A stretch of 64,000 nucleotides of DNA from Lama guanicoe. Its lineage: Eukaryota. The notes under the pieces were generated by a model that did no database searches, had not been told where the DNA came from, and was given only the letters and a program-made list of their open reading frames with translations. The DNA lies in the NCBI GenBank assembly GCA_013239625.1, contig MU054400.1:2392282-2456281 (forward strand). Reading direction: 5' to 3'. Position 1 is the first letter of the stretch. Every line of letters starts with the position of its first letter. Below are positions 24,716 through 36,787 of this stretch, piece by piece. The position numbers and the translations under genes were made by a program.

Positions 24716-26369
24716 CGAAGAGTGGCATTATATGACTATTCTTTAATGCAGAGGTTGCAGACTGGTAGTTCACTGGCTGTATCTGGCTCACATATCTGTT
24801 TTGTTTGGCATTCATTGATTTCTTTTACAATTGAACTTGAATGCCTTTGGGTGAGGACTGCCTGTGCCAGTTCACCTTATAGTTTCCCTGCTTATGCTTC
24901 TTCTATTCGACTCTCACAAGTGTGATCTCTGGAGGAGTTTGACTTGTTAGCTCCTAAAGTAATGCAGTTCCTAGCATCTTCTAGTGTCCACTGGCTACTC
25001 CCATTTTTTTCTGTCCATGAGTCAACTCTCTCTTATTCATTTATCTCTTTAGTCTCTCTCATGCAATACCATCAATCCATTATCCCCTTTCTCCCACTCC
25101 TGTCTCACTTTCGGGAGGGAGCCTACACATGGATGGACTTCTCATGTCTGTCCCAGGGAACTCATAGGTACAAAAAGTCCCCAATATTTAGCTGGGTGAC
25201 TTCCATTTCACATGATCACTCCAACCAGTGTGTGTACATGTATCCAATGATCACCAGGAAACACCCCTATAAATTTATAAATTACATATGAGAGATAGGT
25301 AGTGACTATTCAGAAAAACTGTAAGCATTGCTGAGCATTTGCTTAATATTTTAAAGTTAAGATTAAGAATCCTTAGGCAGATAGCACATACTTTCAAGTG
25401 TTTATAAAAATTGTATGGATTTTTGAAGATTTATTCCTCAAGGAATTTTATGCATTTGGGAACATTCATTTATATAACTAATCAAAGGCAGGTTTAAAAT
25501 GGCTGAATAATGTGTAAGAACTCTGTGAAGCCATAGAAGAAATACTAATGAAATATTAGAGGAGAGTAGCACTTAGATTTCAAGAGCAAAATTTTATTTT
25601 GCAATGATGAGGATGGAGAGAGAACATCCTGATAAAAGAGCAGAGTGATTGAACATGAGCAGGGAGGAAGGACTCAGCAGACAGAAGTACCAGATGCAAA
25701 TAATCACCATGTTCTGATCAACGTGGGAGAGTGTCACCCTGGAAATGCGTGCTACAGCTCGCGGCACTGCAGAGAACTTGGAAACTCTTCTCACCCTTCA
25801 CACCTTCTGATAAAAATATACCTTTCCTACTTAAAAGAAGACTGCTTCTTTCATGTTTAGTCTTCTCATTGCCCATCAACAACATGTCATTTGAACAAAT
25901 TTTTCACAGATTATGATTAAACTTCCAGAAATCTGTATTTAAATACAGCCTTGATCAAGAATTTGATCATTAGATTAATTTACTTGAGCCAACAGTCTCT
26001 ATGAATATAATATTTACCTAGATAAGTAAAAACTGTGGATTTTTATCAATAGCAATAAAGGTCTGTTGCAATGAGCAGTGCTACCCCAAGTCTAGCTACT
26101 TAGTGTTTATTATCTGCTCATGTCAGTGTAAAATTCTGTCTCTGAGTTTTGCAGATAATATAAAGTAGAGAGGTAAGGGTTCTCCTTTAGGGCCAAGAGG
26201 AAGAATGTTGGCTGTAGAGAAAGTGTCTTTCCAGACTTTCTAGGGGGCAAGTAGTTAGAGACGTTTCTATAGATTCGCACCAATGCTGTAGAGACATAAA
26301 TCAGCACCTGGCAAAACCTTTGGGTTAGATTAGGTCACCTCTCGGGGTGCCTTCTGATTTGGAAATTCT

Positions 26370-26770
26370 GGGTATTAAGTGGCTAATCAGCCATTTTCCT
26401 TGTTTGCTCTTGCACTGGGCTGTCTTCTCCCAGGAACTTTCTGGCTGCCAAGGGGGATTTCATGTTACATTCATGGTTTGGGTCAAGCTTATTAAATTAG
26501 CTTGGTTCTGGCTAACTAATTCCATGTGGTATGGCTGCGGTGATTCAACTGGAACTGAAGGATCCAAGATGGCTTTACTCACATGTCCGGTGCCTCAAAG
26601 GGTAGCTACAAAGGCTAGGGGCTGGCTGAGATTCTTTCTGTGTCCCTTCATTGCTCTCAGCCTCCAGGCCCTCTCTCTTTCCCCATGGTCTCTCTGCACA
26701 TCAGAGTGGTTGGATGTTTCTGCCTGGTAATTGACTTCAAAGAGCATGAAAGCAGAAGCTGCAAGGCTTT
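26370..26770 (-). mobile_element. Old MLT1 (F-J-like) LTR fragment
   Basis: ggatccaagatggctttactcacatgtc...ctctctctttccccatggtctctc...gcagaagctgcaaggctttt. Confidence 0.6.
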
Positions 26771-26771
26771 T

Positions 26772-27410
26772 CTATTAGTTTCCTATTGTTGCTATAACAA
26801 GTTACCATAAATGTAGTGGCTAAAAGCAACATAAATTTATTATCTTACTGTTCTGGAGGTCAGAAACGTGAAATGGGTCTGGAGGGGTAAAAATCAAGGT
26901 GTTGTCAGAAGGTGTTCCTTCTGGAGGCTCTAGGGGAAAACCTGTTGCCTTGACTTTGACCGATTCTAGAGGTCTTGGCTACATTCCTTGGCTTATGGTC
27001 CCTTCTTCCACCCTCAAATCTGGCATCATAGCAGCTTCCAATTTCTCCCTCTTTCTCTGACCTTTGTTTCCATCATCATGAGTCTTTCTGTGACTCTCCT
27101 GCCTGGAGAGTCAGGAGGGGAGGGTATAGCTCAGTGGCAGAGCACATGCTTAGCGTGCATGAGGTCCTGGGTTCAGTCCCCAGGACCTCTATTTAAAAAA
27201 ATTAAAATGAATACATAAATAAACGTAATTACCCTCCCCCCCAAGGAACACATATAATTACATTAGGCTCATCTGGATAACCCAGGATACACTACCCATC
27301 TCAAGATCCTTAAAATAGTCACATCTGCAAAATTCCTTTGACATGTAAGATAGCATATGCACAAGTTCTGGGGATTAGGATGTGGACATTTTTGTGTGTG
27401 TGTGGAGGGA
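26772..27410 (-). mobile_element. MLT1B/C/D-like LTR containing a SINE
   Basis: tattagtttcctattgttgctataacaagttaccataaa...ctggaggctctagggga...aagttctggggattaggatgtggacat. Confidence 0.8.
27116..27243 (+). mobile_element. tRNA-Ala-derived SINE (Vic-1-like)
   Basis: ggggagggtatagctcagtggcagagcacatgcttagcgtgcatgaggtcctgggttcagtcccc...ataaataaacgtaattaccctccccc; no terminal poly-A or TSD visible. Confidence 0.88.
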
Positions 27411-30400
27411 GCGGTGAACTCCCAGTGCTTCACAACCATCCTATACGCATTTACCCCATCCCAACTTTCCCCAGAGTCATAATCCATCACAGCATCAACT
27501 CAAAGTTCAAATCTCATCTAAATTTTATCAGCTCAAAAGTCCCAAATCTCATTATCTAAATTGCCTCAATCAGATACGGGTGAGACTCAGTATGGTCCAT
27601 CCTGGGGGAACATTCCTCTCTATCTGTAGACCTGTAAAACTGGAAAACAAGTTATCCATTCCCCAAATACAGCAGTGGGGCAGGAGTTAGATAACAGCTG
27701 TACAGATTCCTGTTCAAAAAGGGGAAGCATAGAAGGAAAAAAGGAGTCACGAGTCCCAAGAAATTCTGAAACCAATCTGAAGCAATTTCAGGCAAACTCA
27801 TGTTTCAAAACCTGGAAATAATCTTCTGTGGCTCGGGACTCCACTCTCTGAGTTCACAGCTCTAAATCTGGAGTCATCCTTCCTTTTTCACAAAAAGTTA
27901 CACGTGTTTTCAGCTGAGTAATTTTCATAGTTTCATCGGCTTTTTAAAACTTTTAATTTATGTATTTATCTCAGGGTAAGCAGGTACTGTCAATGTCTAC
28001 AGTTGGGATGGCACAACCCAGCCTGCCTGAGGTTGACTGTGGGTGTCCTGGGCATTCTCCCCTCCCTGTGACCCTGGTCCAACCACACGCCCCACGCTGT
28101 CAAACAGGGAAGTGTGTAGTGTATCTGGATCCCCTTGCCTGGCATCCAGCTGGATGCAGAGTGCACCTCAGGTATGATTTTTCTCTCTTTTTTTCCCTCT
28201 TTGGTTACAGCTTCATTGGGACATAATTCACACAACATATAATTCACCTGTATAAAGTGTACAGTTCAATAGCTTTTGGTATATTCACGGAGTTGAGCAA
28301 TTGTCATCACAATCAATTTTAGAATATTTTTATCACTCCAAAAAGAAACCTCATAGTCTTCAGCAATCACACTACATTTCTCCCTATCCTTTTATTCCTA
28401 GGACACGACTCATCTACTTTCCATCTCCATAAACTTTCTCCCAAAGTTTAAAACTTTCTTCTCTTCTGGGCATTTCATATAAATGGGATGATATGATATG
28501 TGCTCTTCTGTGACTGGCTTCTTTCATTTAGCGTGTTTTCCAGGCTCATCCATGTTGTCGCATGAATCAATATTTTATTCATTTTCATTGTCAAATAATA
28601 TTCCATGGTATGAATACGTCATATTTCATTTATCCACTCATCAGTTAATGGACATTTAGGTCATTTTCACTTTTGGCTACTATTATTTAATGCTGTCATA
28701 AACACTCATGTACCAGTTTTTATATGGTCATAGGTTTTCATATCTCTTGGGTATATACCTAGAAGTAAAATTACTGAGCCATATGGTAACTTCTTTAACC
28801 TTCTGAGGGACTGCCAGACTGTTTTCTAAAGTAGCTGTGCCACTTTACATTCCTGCCAGCAGTGTATGAGGCTTCCAATTTCTCCACATCCTTGCCAACC
28901 ACTGTCAATGCCTATCCTCTCTGTGAGAGCTACCCTAGAGGGTGTGGAGTAGTTACTTTTTTGTGGTTTTCATTTGCATTTCCCGGATAGCCAATGACGA
29001 TGAGCATATTTTCCTGTGATTATGGGCCATTTGTATTTCTTCTTTGGAAAAATGTCTATTTAAATCCTTTTATCACTTTTCAATTATTTGTCTTTTCAGT
29101 GAGTTGTAAGAGTTCTTTGCATATTCTAGACACAAGTCTCTTGTTAGCTGTATAATTTGCAAATATTTTCTCTCATTCTGTGATTTGTCCTTTCACTTCC
29201 TTGATGATATTCTTTGAAGCACAAATGTTTTTAACTTTGATGAAGTCCAGCTTAACTATTTTATTCTTTTGTTGCTTGTGCATATCTAAGTGTCATATCT
29301 AAGACACTGTTGCCTCATCCAAGGTCATGAAGATTTACCTCCCCACCCCTCCTTTTTTGAGCTCTTGATGGTCTCTTAAGAAAGCATCCTCCTTAGGGCT
29401 CCCTGTCATAGTTGACGGTATCTCCATTCTTGCAGATGTGCAGGTCAAAAGCCTTTGAGTCATTTTTGAGTTCTCTGTTTTTCTCTCACCGTGTAATCAG
29501 CCTTTCAACATTTCCTGGAAAATTTCAGGAGCCTGACAGCCTTCTTTCATTTTCTCGCATCTTTGTCCCTATCAGTCCAAGCTTGTGATTGTTTCTGCTG
29601 ATACACATTCTTCAGAACCTTGTGAATCTCCTGCATATGCCTTTGGAACAGAATCCTTTAGACAAAAGGCTCCTCCACAGATCTTTCCTGGAAAATCCCA
29701 TCTCTATTCCTGGCTTCTGCTAAGATGGATGAGGGCATCCATGAGTAAGATGCATGATCTCTTCAAGCCAGAGGTCTAATCCTTCAGTGTGATTGAATCA
29801 TATGACCTTTTGATCATTTGAGGCACAAACAAAATGTGTCCAGCCACACCTTTGGTCTTCTCTCACAGTGTTCTTTCTTGACTTTAGCATCTTTTTCACT
29901 TTGGATAGGATGAAACATTGCAAGTAATCAAATCCTGGCTCCCTTTTGCCTAACAGTCCTCCCCTCGGCCTACATTTTCCCTTTCTCGTTTTACTATACA
30001 CAGCAAGGAGAAACCAGGCTGCACCTTCAGCACTTGGCTTGGGAATCTCCTCAGCTAAATACTCAAGTTCATTGCTTACAAGTTCTGCTTTCTACATAAA
30101 TACAGGACACAATTCCGCTATGCTTCCTGTCACTGTGTAGCAGGGATCTCCTTTCCTTCAGTTTCCAATAACATGTTCCTCATTTCCTTCTAAGCCCTCA
30201 TCCGCAGTGCCTTCAAAGTCGATATTTCTACCACAGTGCCTTTATGATGGTTTAAGTATTCTCAAAGACACTCTAGGTTTTCTCTACTGGTCTCCTCACT
30301 TCCCTCTGGGTCCTCATTAGCAGAATTGTTAACGTCCACATCCTACTAATTGTCTGTTCAAGGAAATCTAGGCCTTTTTCTCTCAGGCTCTTCACAAGGC

Positions 30401-30504
30401 CTCCAGTCTATGTCTTTTAGCCAATTCCAAAGCCACTTCCACATTAGGTACCGGTTGTAGTGGCACCCAACTTGCGAGGACCAAAATCTCTATCAGTCAG
30501 GGCT
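27410..30504 (-). mobile_element. MaLR (MLT1) internal sequence, interrupted (pieces about 27410-27925 and 29500-30504; second piece duplicated at about 33834-34838)
   Basis: MLT-int motifs (gaaaacaagttatc, cccatctctattcctggcttctgct, ttccaataacatgttcctcatttcc, caattccaaagccacttccacatt) ending at the accaaaatc|tctatcagtcaggg internal/LTR junction. Confidence 0.65.
28190..29340 (-). mobile_element. L1MB-type 3' fragment (copy 1)
   Basis: cagcttcattgggacataattcacacaac...gccatatggtaac...tttgatgaagtcca...ccaaggtcatgaagatttac. Confidence 0.88.
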
Positions 30505-30508
30505 CTAC

Positions 30509-31090
30509 TGTTGCCAGAAGAACGGCCCCCGTCCCTGACGAGCCGAATAACTCAGAGACGAGGTCTTGGAGCTTTGAAGAAAAGAGGCGGCTCTATCACT
30601 TTGTGGGGCAAAGGGGACTCATAGCAGGCTAGTGCCTTCAAAACTGAACCCACCTTGGAGACGGGGTGGGGTGGTTTTATAGCCAGAGCTCAAACAGTAC
30701 AGCATGGATAACAAGCAACAGAATCATTTTCTCATCAGAAGACCTAGAATGGCGACGTGATGCCTCCAGGCGACCAGTTCTATAGAGGCCAGCAGTTAGA
30801 TCTCTTTATCTTGTAAGCACTCAAGGCGTGGCCTTCTTGGTAATTCAGGCTATTTCACACAGTTACAGTCCTGTGACCTTCTCCTTGGAGAAGGACTCAG
30901 AGACCAAGCATGATTATTACTTTCAATGACTGGAATAAAGTAGAAACAGTAAGATCAATAGCTTTCATTTTCACAATGGGCCTGGGGCTGTAAGTAGCAA
31001 GACGGTCGGGTTTGTTGACCGTTCTAAGGGCAAGCATAAGAATAAGCAATCTGTTAGCCTAAGTGCGGCCATTTTACTAATCCTCCTTCA
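30509..31090 (-). mobile_element. ERV1-class solo LTR (copy 1)
   Basis: tgttgccagaag...cctccttca; perfect TSD ctac at 30505-30508 and 31091-31094; splits the MLT motif cagggctctac|tagagaaacagaacca. Confidence 0.8.
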
Positions 31091-32542
31091 CTACTAGAGA
31101 AACAGAACCATTTAAGTTAAGTAACCTGTCTAAGGTCATATAGCGAGCAGGTGGCAGAGCTGGAATGGTGACCCTTCACGTAGAGTCCAGTCTTAGGAGG
31201 TCTTGTTGGTAAAATGAGGACAATGATATGTCTCTGGTCTGTGTTCTAACTGAGTTATTGTGGGCACCAAATACTACATGTGTGAAAACAATTAATCTAA
31301 GAAAGGAGGGCATTGTTGCTCTCCTCAGCAAAGACTTGAATCCACAGAGGTTAACTGATGCTACAGCAACTACCCTCAGGGGCAGGAGGCAGAATCAAAT
31401 CTGTCTGAAACCTGGTCAGATGCACTGTACATGAAACCCTCTTAATTCTGCTTGTGTCTCCAAGATCTATTTGTTTCAATTTTTGCCTATCACCTGCCTT
31501 CTCCCACCCAGTTCCATCTCAATGGTGAAGGTGAGGCTCAGATTTACACAAATTTAAACCATCTTTTCTCTCTGAAAGTCCTGTGCTTCCTTCCAAGTAC
31601 ATCAAGCAGAGCCCTGTCTGCATGGCAATAGATCCTGAGAGCTACTGATGCCCCTCCACTCTCAGGTTCATTCTGTGCTTACCCCGCCAGTCCCATCCCC
31701 CCTCCTTCAGCATCTTGCTTTCTTTGTGTGGGTTCTTGGGACAAAAAGCACTCACCACCCGCTATCCCAAGAGCTAGTCCCATTTCTGAAGTCGCTGGGG
31801 GAACTTATTGAGTTGCCCCGCGGTAGAGCCATTTCTCATCTTTCCGTCTTCCATGTGGGACTCAGGAAGACGTGACGTGGGTTTGTAGGACATCCTTATC
31901 GTAGATGCCGTCAAGACATTTAAGTGCACGTGCCCGCCGGTCTTGTGAGTTATTAATCTTAAAAAGTCAGTTCTTCTCTTCCAGAAATAAGCCTTCAAAA
32001 GGTCAGCATGGTTTTTAATTAAGAGTGAATCTTTTTTTGCAGGTTAAATTGGGAGTTTAAATGGCTTTGTTGAAGGGATCCCGCAGCAGTCAATCCTACA
32101 GTAATCAGCACACAGGCTCAGTAGGGTTGACCATTCCTTTCACTTTAGTGAGAGGAAAGTTCCTGCTAGTGAATGATGCTTACTGTGTCTTCGGACTCGC
32201 AGTGGGTGGTGGGGGGAGCTGTGTGCTTTCCTTTCCATCATGCTGTCTTGTTCGCTCTGTCCCTCTGTTTACCCTTATTCTCTTTCATTTTGCTTTCCTT
32301 TCTTTGATGGCTCTCTGGTCCTTTCTTCCTTGTGGAAGGGAGACTAGAAACCTTTCTTCTCATTGTCCTGTGATAAGTGCCACAGTCTGCATGTCCTCAC
32401 TGGGGGATTGGGAGGACGTCATTGACAGTTCCAGGTCTGGGTGCAGACCTACTTCTGCTGCAAATTTTCTAGGTGTCTGTTTCAGTCCTTCTGGTTAATC
32501 AAAGAGAAAAGAGCAAATCTTGCCGCTGAGAGAGAGAGAGAA

Positions 32543-33674
32543 CATTGGGACATAATTCACACAACATATAATTCACCTGTATAAAGTGTACAGTTCAATA
32601 GCTTTTGGTATATTCACAGAGTTGAGCAATTGTCATCACAATCAATTTTAGAATATTTTTATCACTCCAAAAAGAAACCTCATAGTCTTCAGCAATCACA
32701 CTACATTTCTCCCTATCCTTTTATTCCTAGGACACGACTCATCTACTTTCCATCTCCATAAACTTTCTCCCAAAGTTTAAAACTTTCTTCTCTTCTGGGC
32801 ATTTCATATAAATGGGATGATATGATATGTGCTCTTCTGTGACTGGCTTCTTTCATTTAGCGTGTTTTCCAGGCTCATCCATGTTGTCGCATGAATCAAT
32901 ATTTTATTCATTTTCATTGTCAAATAATATTCCATGGTATGAATACGTCATATTTCATTTATCCACTCATCAGTTAATGGACATTTAGGTCATTTTCACT
33001 TTTGGCTACTATTATTTAATGCTGTCATAAACACTCATGTACCAGTTTTTATATGGTCATAGGTTTTCATATCTCTTGGGTATATACCTAGAAGTAAAAT
33101 TACTGAGCCATATGGTAACTTCTTTAACCTTCTGAGGGACTGCCAGACTGTTTTCTAAAGTAGCTGTGCCACTTTACATTCCTGCCAGCAGTGTATGAGG
33201 CTTCCAATTTCTCCACATCCTTGCCAACCACTGTCAATGCCTATCCTCTCTGTGAGAGCTACCCTAGAGGGTGTGGAGTAGTTACTTTTTTGTGGTTTTC
33301 ATTTGCATTTCCTGGATAGCCAATGACGATGAGCATATTTTTCTGTGATTATGGGCCATTTGTATTTCTTCTTTGGAAAAACGTCTATTTAAATCCTTTT
33401 ATCACTTTTCAATTGAGTTATTTGTCTTTTCAGTGAGTTGTAAGACTTCTTTGCATATTCTAGACACAAGTCTCTTGTTAGCTGTATAATTTGCAAATAT
33501 TTTCTCTCATTCTGTGATTTGTCCTTTCACTTCCTTGATGATATTCTTTGAAGCACAAATGTTTTTAACTTTGATGAAGTCCAGCTTAACTATTTTATTC
33601 TTTTGTTGCTTGTGCATATCTAAGTGTCATATCTAAGACACTGTTGCCTCATCCAAGGTCATGAAGATTTACCT
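32543..33674 (-). mobile_element. L1MB-type 3' fragment (duplicated copy 2)
   Basis: Near-identical to 28214-29340. Confidence 0.88.
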
Positions 33675-34842
33675 CCCCACCCCTCCTTTTTTGAGCTCTT
33701 GATGGTCTCTTAAGAAAGCATCCTCCTTAGGGCTCCCTGTCATAGTTGACGGTATCTCCATTCTTGCAGATGTGCAGGTCAAAAGCCTTTGAGTCATTTT
33801 TGAGTTCTCTGTTTTTCTCTCACCGTGTAATCAGCCTTTCAACATTTCCTGGAAAATTTCAGGAGCCTGACAGCCTTCTTTCATTTTCTCGCATCTTTGT
33901 CCCTATCAGTCCAAGCTTGTGATTGTTTCTGCTGATACACATTCTTCAGAACCTTGTGAATCTCCTGCATATGCCTTTGGAACAGAATCCTTTAGACAAA
34001 AGGCTCCTCCACAGATCTTTCCTGGAAAATCCCATCTCTATTCCTGGCTTCTGCTAAGATGGATGAGGGCATCCATGAGTAAGATGCATGATCTCTTCAA
34101 GCCAGAGGTCTAATCCTTCAGTGTGATTGAATCATATGACCTTTTGATCATTTGAGGCACAAACAAAATGTGTCCAGCCACACCTTTGGTCTTCTCTCAC
34201 AGTGTTCTTTCTTGACTTTAGCATCTTTTTCACTTTGGATAGGATGAAACATTGCAAGTAATCAAATCCTGGCTCCCTTTTGCCTAACAGTCCTCCCCTC
34301 GGCCTACATTTTCCCTTTCTCGTTTTACTATACACAGCAAGGAGAAACCAGGCTGCACCTTCAGCACTTGGCTTGGGAATCTCCTCAGCTAAATACTCAA
34401 GTTCATTGCTTACAAGTTCTGCTTTCTACATAAATACAGGACACAATTCCGCTATGCTTCCTGTCACTGTGTAGCAGGGATCTCCTTTCCTTCAGTTTCC
34501 AATAACATGTTCCTCATTTCCTTCTAAGCCCTCATCCGCAGTGCCTTCAAAGTCGATATTTCTACCACAGTGCCTTTATGATGGTTTAAGTATTCTCAAA
34601 GACACTCTAGGTTTTCTCTACTGGTCTCCTCACTTCCCTCTGGGTCCTCATTAGCAGAATTGTTAACGTCCACATCCTACTAATTGTCTGTTCAAGGAAA
34701 TCTAGGCCTTTTTCTCTCAGGCTCTTCACAAGGCCTCCAGTCTATGTCTTTTAGCCAATTCCAAAGCCACTTCCACATTAGGTACCGGTTGTAGTGGCAC
34801 CCAACTTGCGAGGACCAAAATCTCTATCAGTCAGGGCTCTAC

Positions 34843-35424
34843 TGTTGCCAGAAGAACGGCCCCCGTCCCTGACGAGCCGAATAACTCAGAGACGAGGTCT
34901 TGGAGCTTTGAAGAAAAGAGGCGGCTCTATCACTTTGTGGGGCAAAGGGGACTCATAGCAGGCTAGTGCCTTCAAAACTGAACCCACCTTGGAGACGGGG
35001 TGGGGTGGTTTTATAGCCAGAGCTCAAACAGTACAGCATGGATAACAAGCAACAGAATCATTTTCTCATCAGAAGACCTAGAATGGCGACGTGATGCCTC
35101 CAGGCGACCAGTTCTATAGAGGCCAGCAGTTAGATCTCTTTATCTTGTAAGCACTCAAGGCGTGGCCTTCTTGGTAATTCAGGCTATTTCACACAGTTAC
35201 AGTCCTGTGACCTTCTCCTTGGAGAAGGACTCAGAGACCAAGCATGATTATTACTTTCAATGACTGGAATAAAGTAGAAACAGTAAGATCAATAGCTTTC
35301 ATTTTCACAATGGGCCTGGGGCTGTAAGTAGCAAGACGGTCGGGTTTGTTGACCGTTCTAAGGGCAAGCATAAGAATAAGCAATCTGTTAGCCTAAGTGC
35401 GGCCATTTTACTAATCCTCCTTCA
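34843..35424 (-). mobile_element. ERV1-class solo LTR (duplicated copy 2)
   Basis: Same sequence as 30509-31090 with the same ctac TSD and flanks. Confidence 0.8.
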
Positions 35425-36787
35425 CTACTAGAGAAACAGAACCATTTAAGTTAAGTAACCTGTCTAAGGTCATATAGCGAGCAGGTGGCAGAGCTGGAAT
35501 GGTGACCCTTCACGTAGAGTCCAGTCTTAGGAGGTCTTGTTGGTAAAATGAGGACAATGATATGTCTCTGGTCTGTGTTCTAACTGAGTTATTGTGGGCA
35601 CCAAATACTACATGTGTGAAAACAATTAATCTAAGAAAGGAGGGCATTGTTGCTCTCCTCAGCAAAGACTTGAATCCACAGAGGTTAACTGATGCTACAG
35701 CAACTACCCTCAGGGGCAGGAGGCAGAATCAAATCTGTCTGAAACCTGGTCAGATGCACTGTACATGAAACCCTCTTAATTCTGCTTGTGTCTCCAAGAT
35801 CTATTTGTTTCAATTTTTGCCTATCACCTGCCTTCTCCCAGTTCCATCTCAATGGTGAAGGTGAGGCTCAGATTTACACAAATTTAAACCATCTTTTCTC
35901 TCTGAAAGTCCTGTGCTTCCTTCCAAGTACATCAAGCAGAGCCCTGTCTGCATGGCAATAGATCCTGAGAGCTACTGATGCCCCTCCACTCTCAGGTTCA
36001 TTCTGTGCTTACCCCGCCAGTCCCATCCCCCCTCCTTCAGCATCTTGCTTTCTTTGTGTGGGTTCTTGGGACAAAAAGCACTCACCACCCGCTATCCCAA
36101 GAGCTAGTCCCATTTCTGAAGTCGCTGGGGGAACTTATTGAGTTGCCCCGCGGTAGAGCCATTTCTCATCTTTCCGTCTTCCATGTGGGACTCAGGAAGA
36201 CGTGACGTGGGTTTGTAGGACATCCTTATCGTAGATGCCGTCAAGACATTTAAGTGCACGTGCCCGCCGGTCTTGTGAGTTATTAATCTTAAAAAGTCAG
36301 TTCTTCTCTTCCAGAAATAAGCCTTCAAAAGGTCAGCATGGTTTTTAATTAAGAGTGAATCTTTTTTTGCAGGTTAAATTGGGAGTTTAAATGGCTTTGT
36401 TGAAGGGATCCCGCAGCAGTCAATCCTACAGTAATCAGCACACAGGCTCAGTAGGGTTGACCATTCCTTTCACTTTAGTGAGAGGAAAGTTCCTGCTAGT
36501 GAATGATGCTTACTGTGGCTTCGGACTCGCAGTGGGTGGTGGGGGGAGCTGTGTGCTTTCCTTTCCATCATGCTGTCTTGTTCGCTCTGTCCCTCTGTTT
36601 ACCCTTATTCTCTTTCATTTTGCTTTCCTTTCTTTGGTGGCTCTCTGGTCCTCTCTTCCTTGTGGAAGGGAGACTAGAAACCTTTCTTCTCATTGTCCTG
36701 TGATAAGTGCCAGAGTCTGCATGTCCTCACTGGGGGATTGGGAGGACGTCATTGACAGTTCCAGGTCTGGGTGCAGACCTACTTCTG

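Noticed and set aside
27925..29500. L2-like piece and L1 inside the MaLR internal region as an anomalous capture
   Set aside because: The internal region probably belongs to an old MLT1 family that overlapped late L2 activity, so ordinary nesting is sufficient. I cannot resolve it further by eye.
30509..35424. Two identical LTRs 4.3 kb apart as a recent intact provirus
   Set aside because: Each LTR has the TSD on both sides and identical flanks, and the intervening DNA is not gag/pol/env. They are copies from the tandem duplication.
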